Shown here one piece after another: positions 47,150-57,247 of a stretch of DNA of 64,000 nt. The stretch lies in IMG/VR virus record IMGVR_UViG_3300043119_000732; one strand, written 5' to 3'. This DNA is from a virus (lineage: Duplodnaviria > Heunggongvirae > Uroviricota > Caudoviricetes). Both the position numbers and the translations under genes were made by a program. How positions within the stretch are numbered: the first letter of the stretch is position 1; every line of letters begins with the position of its first letter. The notes beneath the pieces were generated by a model. It did not search any database. It was not told where the DNA came from and saw nothing but the letters and a program-made list of their open reading frames with translations.

Positions 47150-48772
47150 ATGGCAGATAGAAGTCTAGCTGATGTATTATTATTACTAACACAAACAACA
47201 GGAAGATTGTCAGAACATATTGCTGCGTCTAAAGATAAGCCTATCTCTGATAAATCAAAAAAGGCACCTGAAAATGTAAAAAATGTCTTAGGTAACAATA
47301 TTCGACAAAATCCTAAACAAGAAAGTGTTGTTAAGGAGTTGATACCGATGTCTTTAGATGATATCGGGGTTAAAGCTTTAAGAAAGTTAAAATCACTAAT
47401 ACCTACAGCAAAAACAATTAAAAAGGAAGAAGCTGTTAAGGAGGACAGTGGTTTTATGAAATTTATAAAAGGTTTAATAGGGCCTGCACTATTAATACTT
47501 AGCGGATTAGCGGCACTTATTATGGGGTTATTAAATGATGGCCCACTAAAAGGTTTACTCACACTACTAGGTAAAGGTGGTATATTAGCGGGTATAAAGT
47601 GGATGCGTAACGTTTTACTTAAAAAGGTTTCAGGGTTATTAAAGTTTATCAAAAATCTACTACCACTCGATTTGATTGAGAGTGGTTTTTCTGGACTAAA
47701 AGGTGCATTTAAGAAAGTTGCATTAACAGTAATGAAAGGTATAGGTTTTATTTTAAATAAAGTAAAGTCTATAATGCCTATAGATTTTTTCAAAAAAATA
47801 TTTGGACCTATAAAAGAAGGTTTTAAAAGACTTACAACAGGACTATTAAAGCCTTTTATAGGTATCACTAAAGGTTTAGGTAAAGACCTTTTTACAAAAA
47901 TTCTTAGTGGTGCTTCAAAAATACTTAAACCGATCTTGAGAAGAATACCAGGTATTGGAAGTTTAATTGATTGGTACTCTGCATATACTAGATTTAAAAA
48001 GGGTGATGTCGTTGGTGGGTTAATTGACGTAGCCTCGGGTATAGCAAGTATAGTACCTGGTTATGGAACCGCTTTAAGTATAGGTCTAGGCGTATTAAAT
48101 GCTTTCTTGGATTATAAAGCAGGTGGTTCAGATGTAGCAGGAGGTAAAGCAAAACCAAAAGGTGTAATGTTAGTAGATTTCTTTAAAAAGATAAAAAATA
48201 AACTAGTACTAGGTCTTTGGAATATGATACCCGATTTTGAAATCTTTGGTGTTAGTGTCAAAGGTAAACTAGCGTCTGTAATGGGTCTGGATATACCAGG
48301 TATAGAAGCAGAGATTGCAAAGTCTGAAGCAGAAGAAAAAGCAGCTACAGAAAAACTTAAAATAGAAAAAGCAAAAGCAAATAAAGAAGAAAACATAGAT
48401 GCACTAACCGATGAAGCATCTCCTAATCAAATACCCTTCCCGACTAAAATAGATATAGAAGATACTAACAAAGATCCTTTCCCTGAAGATGCAGACGAAT
48501 CTATCAACCCAATCAATTACGAGTCTGTAGATGGTGGTGTAGATAGTAATAGTCAAGATTTAGTTAAACTAAAACAGGCAACAGATGAATCCAATAAGCT
48601 ATTATATAAGCAATTAGAAATATTAGATGAAAGCAAGAGATTATTAGCTGAATTAGCTAATAAAATATCCAATATTAATAATAACAATAATAGCGTAGTA
48701 TCTACAAATAATACTGTCACAAATGTATTTCAAACAACCTCTATAAGAGACCTACAACGAGCTTACACATAA
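47150..48772 (+). CDS. Tape-measure / hub protein (gp29-like)
   Basis: Amphipathic G/L/K repeats; RRIPGIG.LI...A..RF..GD..G; NNNNN.V tail; synteny. Confidence 0.75.
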   Translation: MADRSLADVLLLLTQTTGRLSEHIAASKDKPISDKSKKAPENVKNVLGNNIRQNPKQESVVKELIPMSLDDIGVKALRKLKSLIPTAKTIKKEEAVKEDSGFMKFIKGLIGPALLILSGLAALIMGLLNDGPLKGLLTLLGKGGILAGIKWMRNVLLKKVSGLLKFIKNLLPLDLIESGFSGLKGAFKKVALTVMKGIGFILNKVKSIMPIDFFKKIFGPIKEGFKRLTTGLLKPFIGITKGLGKDLFTKILSGASKILKPILRRIPGIGSLIDWYSAYTRFKKGDVVGGLIDVASGIASIVPGYGTALSIGLGVLNAFLDYKAGGSDVAGGKAKPKGVMLVDFFKKIKNKLVLGLWNMIPDFEIFGVSVKGKLASVMGLDIPGIEAEIAKSEAEEKAATEKLKIEKAKANKEENIDALTDEASPNQIPFPTKIDIEDTNKDPFPEDADESINPINYESVDGGVDSNSQDLVKLKQATDESNKLLYKQLEILDESKRLLAELANKISNINNNNNSVVSTNNTVTNVFQTTSIRDLQRAYT

Positions 48773-48773
48773 T

Positions 48774-49910
48774 ATGAATCTTTGGACCTTAACATTACCA
48801 CCGCAAGGAAACGGCGCTTTACCTATATTAACAAGAGGTAATTCTTCACCTGTTACATCTGCACAAGTAAATGGTGCAGATGTATCTCAGTTACGTTTTA
48901 AAAATTACGGAGCCGATGCCGCGTCTACAGACTACATAGATGTAATAAAAGATTTTCAATGGACTAAAAGTCCAAAAAATGCTAGATTAGACGTACCACC
49001 AATTTACATGTATGAAAAAAGAATTCTTGTAAATAATTCTATAGCTAATGCTGCTTATAGCGTTTTTGCAACATTGGACGGTGGTGCAACTATTGCAAAA
49101 TCACTTACTGAGCTAGGTGGTATCGCAACAGGTGGGATAACTGATAAAGCAATACAGGCATTTAAAGAGTCAGAAATTGGTAAACAGTCTATAGAGTCGT
49201 TAAAAAGGGGGATTGATGGTATTAAATCAGCTGTAGGTACCTTTAATAATCCTGCACTCGAACCTTACTCTGGGTTGTATATAACCGAAGACACAGGATT
49301 CAAATATATCTTTCCTTACTTTGATAATAAGTACTTTGATTCAAATGCATCATACAATTTAGAGAGCAGTGGTGGTCTATTCACAGGTCTACTAGATATA
49401 GTTTCAGATGTAGGTGAGATATCAAAAAATCTTGCAGGTCTACTTAAACCAGGTACTTATATTGAAAAATCTCAGCAATTTGCATTCGGTCAAAGTGGTA
49501 GATCTATCACAGTAAAAATTCCATTATTAAATACAGGTACATTTTCAGATATATCGAATAATTGGCAATTATTATTTGCTTTAATATATCAAAATAGACC
49601 GGGTCGTTATGATAAAAATATAATAGACTTACCTGTAATATACAGTATTGATATACCAGGTGTAGTATCATTACCGTATGCATATATTCAGAATCTAAAT
49701 ATAGAATTTTTAGGTAATAGAAGATTAATGGTGATACCTGTACCCAATGTAGTAAGTAAAGATAACAGCATAATAGAAAATATTACAACTATTGTACCTG
49801 ATGCTTATCAACTAACTATGACAATTACAGGTCTAAATGAAGAGACAAGAAACTTCTTATTCGCAGGATTACAACGAAACGTTGTAACCATAACAAAACA
49901 AACCTTATAA
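48774..49910 (+). CDS. Baseplate protein (gp48-like tube cap)
   Basis: Follows the tape measure gene; 'P.IY.I.IPG....P...I..L.I.F.G' pattern. Confidence 0.5.
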   Translation: MNLWTLTLPPQGNGALPILTRGNSSPVTSAQVNGADVSQLRFKNYGADAASTDYIDVIKDFQWTKSPKNARLDVPPIYMYEKRILVNNSIANAAYSVFATLDGGATIAKSLTELGGIATGGITDKAIQAFKESEIGKQSIESLKRGIDGIKSAVGTFNNPALEPYSGLYITEDTGFKYIFPYFDNKYFDSNASYNLESSGGLFTGLLDIVSDVGEISKNLAGLLKPGTYIEKSQQFAFGQSGRSITVKIPLLNTGTFSDISNNWQLLFALIYQNRPGRYDKNIIDLPVIYSIDIPGVVSLPYAYIQNLNIEFLGNRRLMVIPVPNVVSKDNSIIENITTIVPDAYQLTMTITGLNEETRNFLFAGLQRNVVTITKQTL

Positions 49911-49922
49911 TTAAATATACAT

Positions 49923-50288
49923 ATGGACGGTAACTATCAGAATAATATAGACGATTTACAAGAGTTAGAGCTATATCGTTATGAAAACATATTCAAATTA
50001 TATCAAACAGGTGAAAAAGACTTTTATTTTTATAACATTATAAAAAAGATTACATTACCTAAAGATATCAATAATGATTATTTTTTCACATATAACATAC
50101 AAAAAAATACACCATTCTCTGTATTGAGTTATCAAGCTTATGGTACCACGCAGTTGTGGTGGTTGATATGTGTGGTAAATGAAATTAAATACCCACAAGA
50201 CCCTAAATTAGTAGGAAAAACAATTAAAATTATTAAAAAAGAATTTATAAAACCCATACTAGATAGTATTAAAGCACAATTACAATGA
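49923..50288 (+). CDS. Baseplate wedge gp53-like protein (LysM-like)
   Basis: LSYQAYGTTQLWWLIC.VN.I..P. Confidence 0.75.
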   Translation: MDGNYQNNIDDLQELELYRYENIFKLYQTGEKDFYFYNIIKKITLPKDINNDYFFTYNIQKNTPFSVLSYQAYGTTQLWWLICVVNEIKYPQDPKLVGKTIKIIKKEFIKPILDSIKAQLQ

Positions 50289-51829
50289 GGTATAAAGTAG
50301 GAGATACATCGTTATTCGATCAATTTAAATATATAATAGATAACAAATATTATATATTTAGAGCTATATTGTTTAATGCTGATTCAGCAGTTACACTAAC
50401 AAAAACATCTATTAAAGAACTTTCATTAAGTGATAATATTTTTAATTTCTACTTAGATGGTTATATTATAGTAGATAACACCGACGACGTTATAGAAAGA
50501 TACGTATCAGAAGACACAAATAAAGAGTTAAACAGTGACTTTGAGCGTAATTTTGGATTTAAGGTAAGAGGTGATGGTAGAGATATTTTATATATCACTA
50601 TAATACCATTATTAGATGGTGAAGATCAATTTAACGCTCCCAATGATAAGTTCAATGAATTCTTCGGGTTAAACTATTACTTTGTATTGTCTAATGAAAC
50701 TAATTTACCTTCGGATAAAGGTAAATTAAAGAGATATGATATAGTTGACTTAGATTATCAAATTCTAAAAGAACGTAAAGTATTCTTTACAACATCTGAT
50801 TTAGTTAAAAATGTAAATACAGCACAGTCAAGTGATACGCTTAGAGAAGCTTATACAGGTGATTGCATAAAAGCAATACTTACAAAAGCGCTTGAAGAAG
50901 ACAGTCTGTTTGAAACTGCAGCAGATGGATCAACTCCTAATTTTGAACAAGGATCGTATAAATTATTTTTCTCATCACCGTCAGATATGTCTGCAATGGA
51001 TGATATTGACTACTTTTTAAGCTTACACGTATCTGGTGATAGTAGTAATGATTTTTCTTTATTTAAAAAGAACAGTTATACTGGTGAGTTTACTTTAAGA
51101 AGTACTGCTGATATATTTAGAAATGCTTATATTAAACGTGGAGATTTAGATGCAGGTGGTTCAGAGTTTATTGAAAATTTCAACATAACTGGTGCACAAA
51201 ATAGTGATAACGTATCTATAAATGATATTAAAAAGCCAAGTTTAACACTTGAAATGGGTGATATGAGTGATGTAATTGAAGTAAATTTCTTCAACGTACC
51301 TGCAGATATATATACCAACAAAGTTAAAACTAAGATAGTGCATGCATATGATTTTGAAAATAAGTCGTTTATAATGGATTGTGTAGATGGTGATATTGAA
51401 GAAGTAAAAAGAGATTTTACTTCAAACTATGTTAATGTGCTTAAAGGTAAATTTCAAAAACCATACCCTAGCTTTATAAACAATATACTAAAGAAAACAA
51501 ATCAAACATTTGACAATATATTTTCAACATATCACGACCCTTTAGTACTTTTAAGTCAAGGTAGAAATAAAGCACTATTTAACGCCCTTATTCTTAATAT
51601 GGGTGTAGAGATATTAGTAAAAGGTAATTTAGCAAGAGGTGGTGGTAGGTTTTTTTCTATCGATAGAAGAGGTTCGTATATTGATAATGATTTTGATAAT
51701 AAATTTCTTGGAATTTATTATACCATAGATGTAAAGCATGTATTTAAGGACAATTCATTTTACGATAAAATAATTGCAGTAAAGACATATCATTTTACTG
51801 ACCCAAAGATAAATGAGGATATTATATGA
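50285..51829 (+). CDS. Baseplate hub protein (gp27-like)
   Basis: C-terminal V.GN..R..G.F..I...F.G.Y....VKH.F; synteny. Confidence 0.6.
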   Translation: MRYKVGDTSLFDQFKYIIDNKYYIFRAILFNADSAVTLTKTSIKELSLSDNIFNFYLDGYIIVDNTDDVIERYVSEDTNKELNSDFERNFGFKVRGDGRDILYITIIPLLDGEDQFNAPNDKFNEFFGLNYYFVLSNETNLPSDKGKLKRYDIVDLDYQILKERKVFFTTSDLVKNVNTAQSSDTLREAYTGDCIKAILTKALEEDSLFETAADGSTPNFEQGSYKLFFSSPSDMSAMDDIDYFLSLHVSGDSSNDFSLFKKNSYTGEFTLRSTADIFRNAYIKRGDLDAGGSEFIENFNITGAQNSDNVSINDIKKPSLTLEMGDMSDVIEVNFFNVPADIYTNKVKTKIVHAYDFENKSFIMDCVDGDIEEVKRDFTSNYVNVLKGKFQKPYPSFINNILKKTNQTFDNIFSTYHDPLVLLSQGRNKALFNALILNMGVEILVKGNLARGGGRFFSIDRRGSYIDNDFDNKFLGIYYTIDVKHVFKDNSFYDKIIAVKTYHFTDPKINEDII

Positions 51830-52710
51830 GTTATAAAACCACACTTTTACCGGATTATATAGATGTTATTCAAAACACATCAATACAATATTACAACAAC
51901 ACAACAACAATATTAAGTGCGTTTAGTAACTATATTGCGGAGCTTAAACTTAGTATTGATTTTGAGCGGGCTAAAACAAGCACTAATGTACTATCAGAAT
52001 ACGGTAAAATATATAACCTACTAAACTCTACAAATTTTATTGTACCTCAATACGATAATACCGGTACTCCAATAAGTACTAAAAAAATAGACGACACTTT
52101 TAAATTGTTCTTTATTGAAAAATATCAGTCACTATCTGAACAATATAAAACAATAGTTTCTTCTATTATTCAGAATAATAATCTTTTCGTAGATTTTTCT
52201 GACGATGTAGGCATTATAGGTGATACTACATGTATACTTGATAATAATACCTCACCATATTACGATGTATATCAAGATAACTATTTTATTTTAAATAGCA
52301 TTCCTACTACAATATTGAATAAGATATCCAAACCTGAATTATCTATTTTGAAAAGCGCTTCCTATACCACAGACTCTTTATTAAGATATTCTCTATCAGG
52401 TATCGTAAACAATACGAAAGACACTGCAACTACACCTCATGGTAATAACCTTGTTACAGATATATTATATTTCGATAGAATTAATTACTACCAACTAGAT
52501 ATACTAGACAAGTTGCAGTTAGTGTTAGGAAATTTATATGAGTTTATATCATTCTTCAAACAGCTTAATCCTAAAGATTTAGACCCTGAAAGAAAGTCCA
52601 TATTTTATAAGTACACTATAACAAATATGGAAGGTATATCAAAAAATGTAGATATACTTAAAAACGACCTCAACATCGTTAAGAATACAATTAAGCAGAC
52701 TCTTGCGTAA
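51826..52710 (+). CDS. Hypothetical protein, possibly structural
   Basis: ORF track; ATGA coupling. Confidence 0.55.
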   Translation: MSYKTTLLPDYIDVIQNTSIQYYNNTTTILSAFSNYIAELKLSIDFERAKTSTNVLSEYGKIYNLLNSTNFIVPQYDNTGTPISTKKIDDTFKLFFIEKYQSLSEQYKTIVSSIIQNNNLFVDFSDDVGIIGDTTCILDNNTSPYYDVYQDNYFILNSIPTTILNKISKPELSILKSASYTTDSLLRYSLSGIVNNTKDTATTPHGNNLVTDILYFDRINYYQLDILDKLQLVLGNLYEFISFFKQLNPKDLDPERKSIFYKYTITNMEGISKNVDILKNDLNIVKNTIKQTLA

Positions 52711-53173
52711 CCGTTGTTACAGTAACATCGATTGTCTTAGCATCGTTTAACATTTGCTTAATAAGCTCTTCACGGTTTATCGTCAGTTTACCTTGAATTT
52801 CGACTTGCTGTAATTTTTGTCTATTATCGATATCCATTTGCTTTAGCATCTTAGCAGCTTCAACTTTACGATTTGTATTATAAACTTTATTAAGACTTTC
52901 TATTGCTGCAGCTGCAGCTGCTACTAATTTAGATAATGCCTCAACGTCTTCAGCATTTGGAGCTGTAAGTACAAGCTGTTTAAGATCATCTACAGCGTCT
53001 ACGGAACCTTTTATTAATTTGGCACTTGAATCGATAATTAAAGATTCAATATCATCTGTGGATAACCTTTCTCTAACACTATCTTTTTGCTTCTTATCTA
53101 TAATAGAAGCAGTAGTTTTCAACTGTTCTATAAGTTGTGAAACAACGTCACTAGTATCTGTATTGTTATCCAT
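52691..53173 (-). CDS. Probable terminase small subunit (gp16-like)
   Basis: Helical; 'A...EALSKLV....AIESL.K' and C-terminal 'REEL.KQML' pattern. Confidence 0.5.
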   Translation of the reverse strand: MDNNTDTSDVVSQLIEQLKTTASIIDKKQKDSVRERLSTDDIESLIIDSSAKLIKGSVDAVDDLKQLVLTAPNAEDVEALSKLVAAAAAAIESLNKVYNTNRKVEAAKMLKQMDIDNRQKLQQVEIQGKLTINREELIKQMLNDAKTIDVTVTTVTQESA

Positions 53174-53233
53174 CAATAATACTTATCTGAAATACCCTTG
53201 AATTCAATATTTTTATTATATAATAGAATATAT

Positions 53234-53686
53234 ATGTATCCTGTTACAATTAAATTTATTAAAACGAATGAAAAGGCTGTATTACCTATGCCTAATCATA
53301 AAGAACCCTATGTAGGTGATTCTGGTTATGACGTTACAGCGGTTGAAGATATGGTAATTCCAGCAAAGGGGTGGGCTGTAGTACCTGTAGGTCTTAAGGT
53401 GGGCTATATAACGCCCGGATTCTGGTTTAAAGTAGAAGGTAGGTCTGGAATAGGTTTTAAGAAACACATATTCCCACACGCAGGAATTATCGATAACCCT
53501 TACAGAGGAGATTGCGGTATAAAGTTATATAATTTTGGAACTGAAGATCAGTCAATTAAAGCTGGTGATAAAATTGCCCAGTTTGTAATTTATCCACTAA
53601 TACAAGCAAATACAGAATGGACAACTGAAGTAACCGAAACTAATCGAGGTGAAAAAGGTTTTGGATCATCTGATGTCAAAAAGTAA
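53234..53686 (+). CDS. dut: Trimeric dUTPase (start 53234)
   Basis: DSGYD, GRSG, GIID..YRG, GDKIAQ, RGEKGFGSS. Confidence 0.95.
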   Translation: MYPVTIKFIKTNEKAVLPMPNHKEPYVGDSGYDVTAVEDMVIPAKGWAVVPVGLKVGYITPGFWFKVEGRSGIGFKKHIFPHAGIIDNPYRGDCGIKLYNFGTEDQSIKAGDKIAQFVIYPLIQANTEWTTEVTETNRGEKGFGSSDVKK

Positions 53687-53939
53687 AAACAAAGAAATTT
53701 TATCGAGTAGCCAGATTTGTGATATGTGTGATTCCTGGATTATTATGGACATACTTAATAAAAATTGGGAAGGTTATTCGTTTAAAGTTGTAATACATCC
53801 AAACAGTGATATCACTGTTTGGATTAATGACAGTACTTTATCTCTTGATTTATTTGATTTACCAAAAGATGATAAGGAACGTGTAGATTATATATTAGGT
53901 TGCGTAGGTGAGTTTATCTTAGATAATAAAATAATATGA
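53673..53939 (+). CDS. Hypothetical protein
   Basis: ORF track; internal ATG preferred. Confidence 0.5.
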   Translation: MSKSKNKEILSSSQICDMCDSWIIMDILNKNWEGYSFKVVIHPNSDITVWINDSTLSLDLFDLPKDDKERVDYILGCVGEFILDNKII

Positions 53940-54859
53940 TTGAAAATTTTGAAAAATTGTGGGTTGAAAAATTTAGACCTAAAACATTAGATGATATGGT
54001 ACTTACCGACGAGAATAGAAAGTACTTCTCTTCTATTAAAGATGATATTCCTCATCTAATGTTTGTTGGCCCACCTGGTATTGGTAAGACAACACTTGCT
54101 AAAATAATTGTACAAGATATATTAAAATGTCAGTATCTATATATAAATGCGTCAGATGAAAATGGTATCGATACTATTAGAAATAAAGTAACAAACTTTG
54201 CACAAATACGATCCATAGATGGTGGTATTAAGGTTATTATATTAGATGAAGCTGATGGTATAACTCTCGAGGGTCAGAAATGTCTTCGTAACGCTATTGA
54301 AGAGCATGCATCTTATACAAGATTTATTTTAACAGCTAACTATAAACATAAAAATATAACAGCGATACAAAGTAGAACTCAATACTTTGACCTTACACCA
54401 CCTATAAACGCAATAGGTAAGAAATTACTATCTATACTAGTTAGTGAAAAGATAAACGTACCACAAGAGCAAAAGCCATATTTAATCCAAGTAATAAAAG
54501 ACAGTTATCCTGATTTAAGAAAAGCTATCAATAGTATTCAAAAATATTCGATAACAGGTACTCTTTCAATTCCTGATATCAAGTTAAATAATACACTCAT
54601 ACAAAAGATAGATGAACTATTAACATCTAAGAAAGTTTTAGATTTAAGAAAGCATCTAATAGAGAATGAATCTCTATTTCAAGGTGACTACAGTAATTTG
54701 CTTAAGTCGTACCTAAACTTTATATATAACAGTGAAAAACCTGACGATTTTAAACGTCAGGTTGTGTTAATAGTTAGTGAGTACTTATATAGAGATGCGT
54801 TTGTAGTTGATAAAGAGATAAATGCGTTTGCTTGCTTTTGTCAAATAGAAAAGGTTTAG
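53936..54859 (+). CDS. gp44: Clamp loader ATPase subunit (gp44/RFC-like)
   Basis: WVEKFRP, GPPGIGKTT, NASDENGIDTIR, ILDEAD, SR, DLRK.IN. Confidence 0.94.
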   Translation: MIENFEKLWVEKFRPKTLDDMVLTDENRKYFSSIKDDIPHLMFVGPPGIGKTTLAKIIVQDILKCQYLYINASDENGIDTIRNKVTNFAQIRSIDGGIKVIILDEADGITLEGQKCLRNAIEEHASYTRFILTANYKHKNITAIQSRTQYFDLTPPINAIGKKLLSILVSEKINVPQEQKPYLIQVIKDSYPDLRKAINSIQKYSITGTLSIPDIKLNNTLIQKIDELLTSKKVLDLRKHLIENESLFQGDYSNLLKSYLNFIYNSEKPDDFKRQVVLIVSEYLYRDAFVVDKEINAFACFCQIEKV

Positions 54860-55470
54860 AAACCATTCATATAGTTATTAACATAAGACTCCTTGATCGG
54901 TTTGATCTTGGGGTCTTTTGCTGTCTCAGAAGGAATAACTGTATTCTTTGTGGGTAATGTCTTTTGTGTTAAACCTAGTTTATCACCTTGCTGTGTTTTG
55001 CAAGTTTGGTTATGTGGTGAATTTATAGTCTCTTCATTCTCTTCATAAGCACCAACAGGTATAGGTTTCATGTTGATCTTTTCTTTTCTTCTTATTGAAT
55101 CTGGTATTTTTGGTAAGTTAGGGTAATTATTATCTGGGATAAGTAATGAAGCACAAACTGTTACTTTATTTTGTCTATCTAGTAAACCTGGAGCTAACTC
55201 TGGGGCTATTTCGACATAAAAACAACCACCCCTATTTAATTCACTTGAAGTGTAGCTTGAAGGATATTCTGTTTTAATTGCTGTTATAAACAAGTTGAGA
55301 TCACTTTTAGAAAAGTCTAATATTTTCTCCTTTGTAATATCAGGTAATTCCTTAAATTTTTCTTTAGTTTTAAAGCCATCAGCTAATTTTACAACATCAC
55401 CAACAAGTAAGCCTCCATTAGTATTACGTACGATAGTGTTTTCTATAAGGGTGAGAAACTTTTTCTGCAT
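54856..55470 (-). CDS. Probable head-associated late protein
   Basis: Leader MQKKFLTLIE; TAAATA-N5-ATG. Confidence 0.55.
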   Translation of the reverse strand: MQKKFLTLIENTIVRNTNGGLLVGDVVKLADGFKTKEKFKELPDITKEKILDFSKSDLNLFITAIKTEYPSSYTSSELNRGGCFYVEIAPELAPGLLDRQNKVTVCASLLIPDNNYPNLPKIPDSIRRKEKINMKPIPVGAYEENEETINSPHNQTCKTQQGDKLGLTQKTLPTKNTVIPSETAKDPKIKPIKESYVNNYMNGF

Positions 55471-55518
55471 ATTATTATTTATTAAGTTTGATATTTTTCT
55501 CTCTATGTAAATATTTAA

Positions 55519-55998
55519 ATGGCAAAGATTGTGCTAGATTTTTTACAAAATACAGATGCAAATAGAAGTAACACTAATATATACACCGATATTAGAATGG
55601 ATTTACAGCTAAATAGAACGTTTAGTGATGAGCTAGCTAAAATACGTCAAATTGCTGATATACAAGTTGACAATAACGAAGGTGCAATTAAGAACTCAAT
55701 AACGAGTATACTAACTACATCACCAGGGGAAAAAATATTAAATCCACCTTTTGGCTGCAACTTTGGGGACCTTCTATTCTTACCTGTAACAGAGCAACGT
55801 GCAAGACTCGTAGGTGAAACAATATTAAATGCAGTTACCAAGTTTGAACCTAGGATATCTATTAAAAATATAAATGTCACACCTCTTTTTGATGAATCTC
55901 AATATATTATCGATTTTACAATTGTAATACCAAGATTCAAAACACAACAAGTTAAATTTAAAGGTACTTTAGATAAATCCGGGTTCTTTACTAATTGA
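55519..55998 (+). CDS. gp25: Baseplate wedge subunit (gp25-like)
   Basis: AIKNSI..IL.T.PGEK..NP.FGC....LF, FEPRI. Confidence 0.9.
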   Translation: MAKIVLDFLQNTDANRSNTNIYTDIRMDLQLNRTFSDELAKIRQIADIQVDNNEGAIKNSITSILTTSPGEKILNPPFGCNFGDLLFLPVTEQRARLVGETILNAVTKFEPRISIKNINVTPLFDESQYIIDFTIVIPRFKTQQVKFKGTLDKSGFFTN

Positions 55999-56019
55999 TA
56001 ATACTTACTAAATAATTAC

Positions 56020-57246
56020 ATGTCATCAGGTTTTTGTAGCAATATACTTTATAAACAAGCATTTAAAACAGATAATGATATAACTGTTTCGTTTTTGATA
56101 CAAGACCCTGAAGAAAGAGTATCTTTAGGTAACTTATTATTGCAAACAGGTGACAGACTCTTATTGCAAAATGATGACTTTTTAGGTTTGCAGTTCTCCA
56201 CAATATATGATGGTTTTGGTGTATTTCTATTAGATAGCAGAGTAACTACATTAACTGGTGGTGGTGCTGGTGGTGGTTTAGGTATTATTACGGATACTAA
56301 CACAACACCTTTTTCAGCAGTTAGTGGTTTTTTTATGTGTGCGATGTATGATGTAGATGGTATTTTTACATCAAACGGTGGATTACAACAATTTAATACA
56401 GGTACTAATACATTACAGCCTAGTAGCTTTGTTGTAAGAAAACTATCCTCATTTGAATACGTTGGTTCGAATTATATACCTGGTTTTGCAAAACCATTCA
56501 ATGATGAATGGAATGTATTTAGAGTTGCATTTAAAAACAATATGCAACAGGTAACGTTATATACGTATGAAGACGATATATATAAACAAGTTGTAACATA
56601 TAATACGAATATAGATTTAAGTAAAGTACCTGATAGTGTGCGTGTAGGTATAACATGGTCTGGTAATTTTCCTATAAAGGTTAAAAATATAAATTTTAAT
56701 GGTAGTATTGACGGTAACTTACTATTTTCATTAGGCAGTGCACCGGATCCTATAATATCCCTACCACCTATTATAATACCAGAACCTGAAATACCAATAA
56801 CAACTACTACAACTACAACAACTCTACCACCGATCGACCCACCCGACCCCACAACAACCACAACGACCACAACTACAACGACAACGACCACAACTACTAC
56901 ACCCTCACCAACTACTACAGTTTATAGTATGTTGTTTACTTCAAGCTCTGTAGTTATAAACGTATCGTCTTTTAGTGGTGAATTTAGAACAGATCAATCA
57001 TCAGGTAGTAATCCAACAATTACACTATCTGCTAACACTAATTACGACCTCATAGTAGGTACATCTATACCGTTTGCAATAAGAAATAGTGCACTTGACA
57101 CATCGTCAATAACAGATATATACGGTAACAACAGTACCTCAGGTATAACCACAGGTACAATCATGTGGACACCATCATCTACAGGTACTATATGCTACGT
57201 AAACGCATTAACACCGTCAGTTTCAGGTAATATAAATATAATATAA
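56020..57246 (+). CDS. Putative virion protein: ConA/L-lectin-like beta-sandwich, Pro/Thr-rich linker, C-terminal beta domain
   Basis: DGFGVFL, WN.FRV.F, VRVGITWSG; Thr runs at ~56800-56920. Confidence 0.55.
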   Translation: MSSGFCSNILYKQAFKTDNDITVSFLIQDPEERVSLGNLLLQTGDRLLLQNDDFLGLQFSTIYDGFGVFLLDSRVTTLTGGGAGGGLGIITDTNTTPFSAVSGFFMCAMYDVDGIFTSNGGLQQFNTGTNTLQPSSFVVRKLSSFEYVGSNYIPGFAKPFNDEWNVFRVAFKNNMQQVTLYTYEDDIYKQVVTYNTNIDLSKVPDSVRVGITWSGNFPIKVKNINFNGSIDGNLLFSLGSAPDPIISLPPIIIPEPEIPITTTTTTTTLPPIDPPDPTTTTTTTTTTTTTTTTTPSPTTTVYSMLFTSSSVVINVSSFSGEFRTDQSSGSNPTITLSANTNYDLIVGTSIPFAIRNSALDTSSITDIYGNNSTSGITTGTIMWTPSSTGTICYVNALTPSVSGNINII

Positions 57247-57247
57247 A

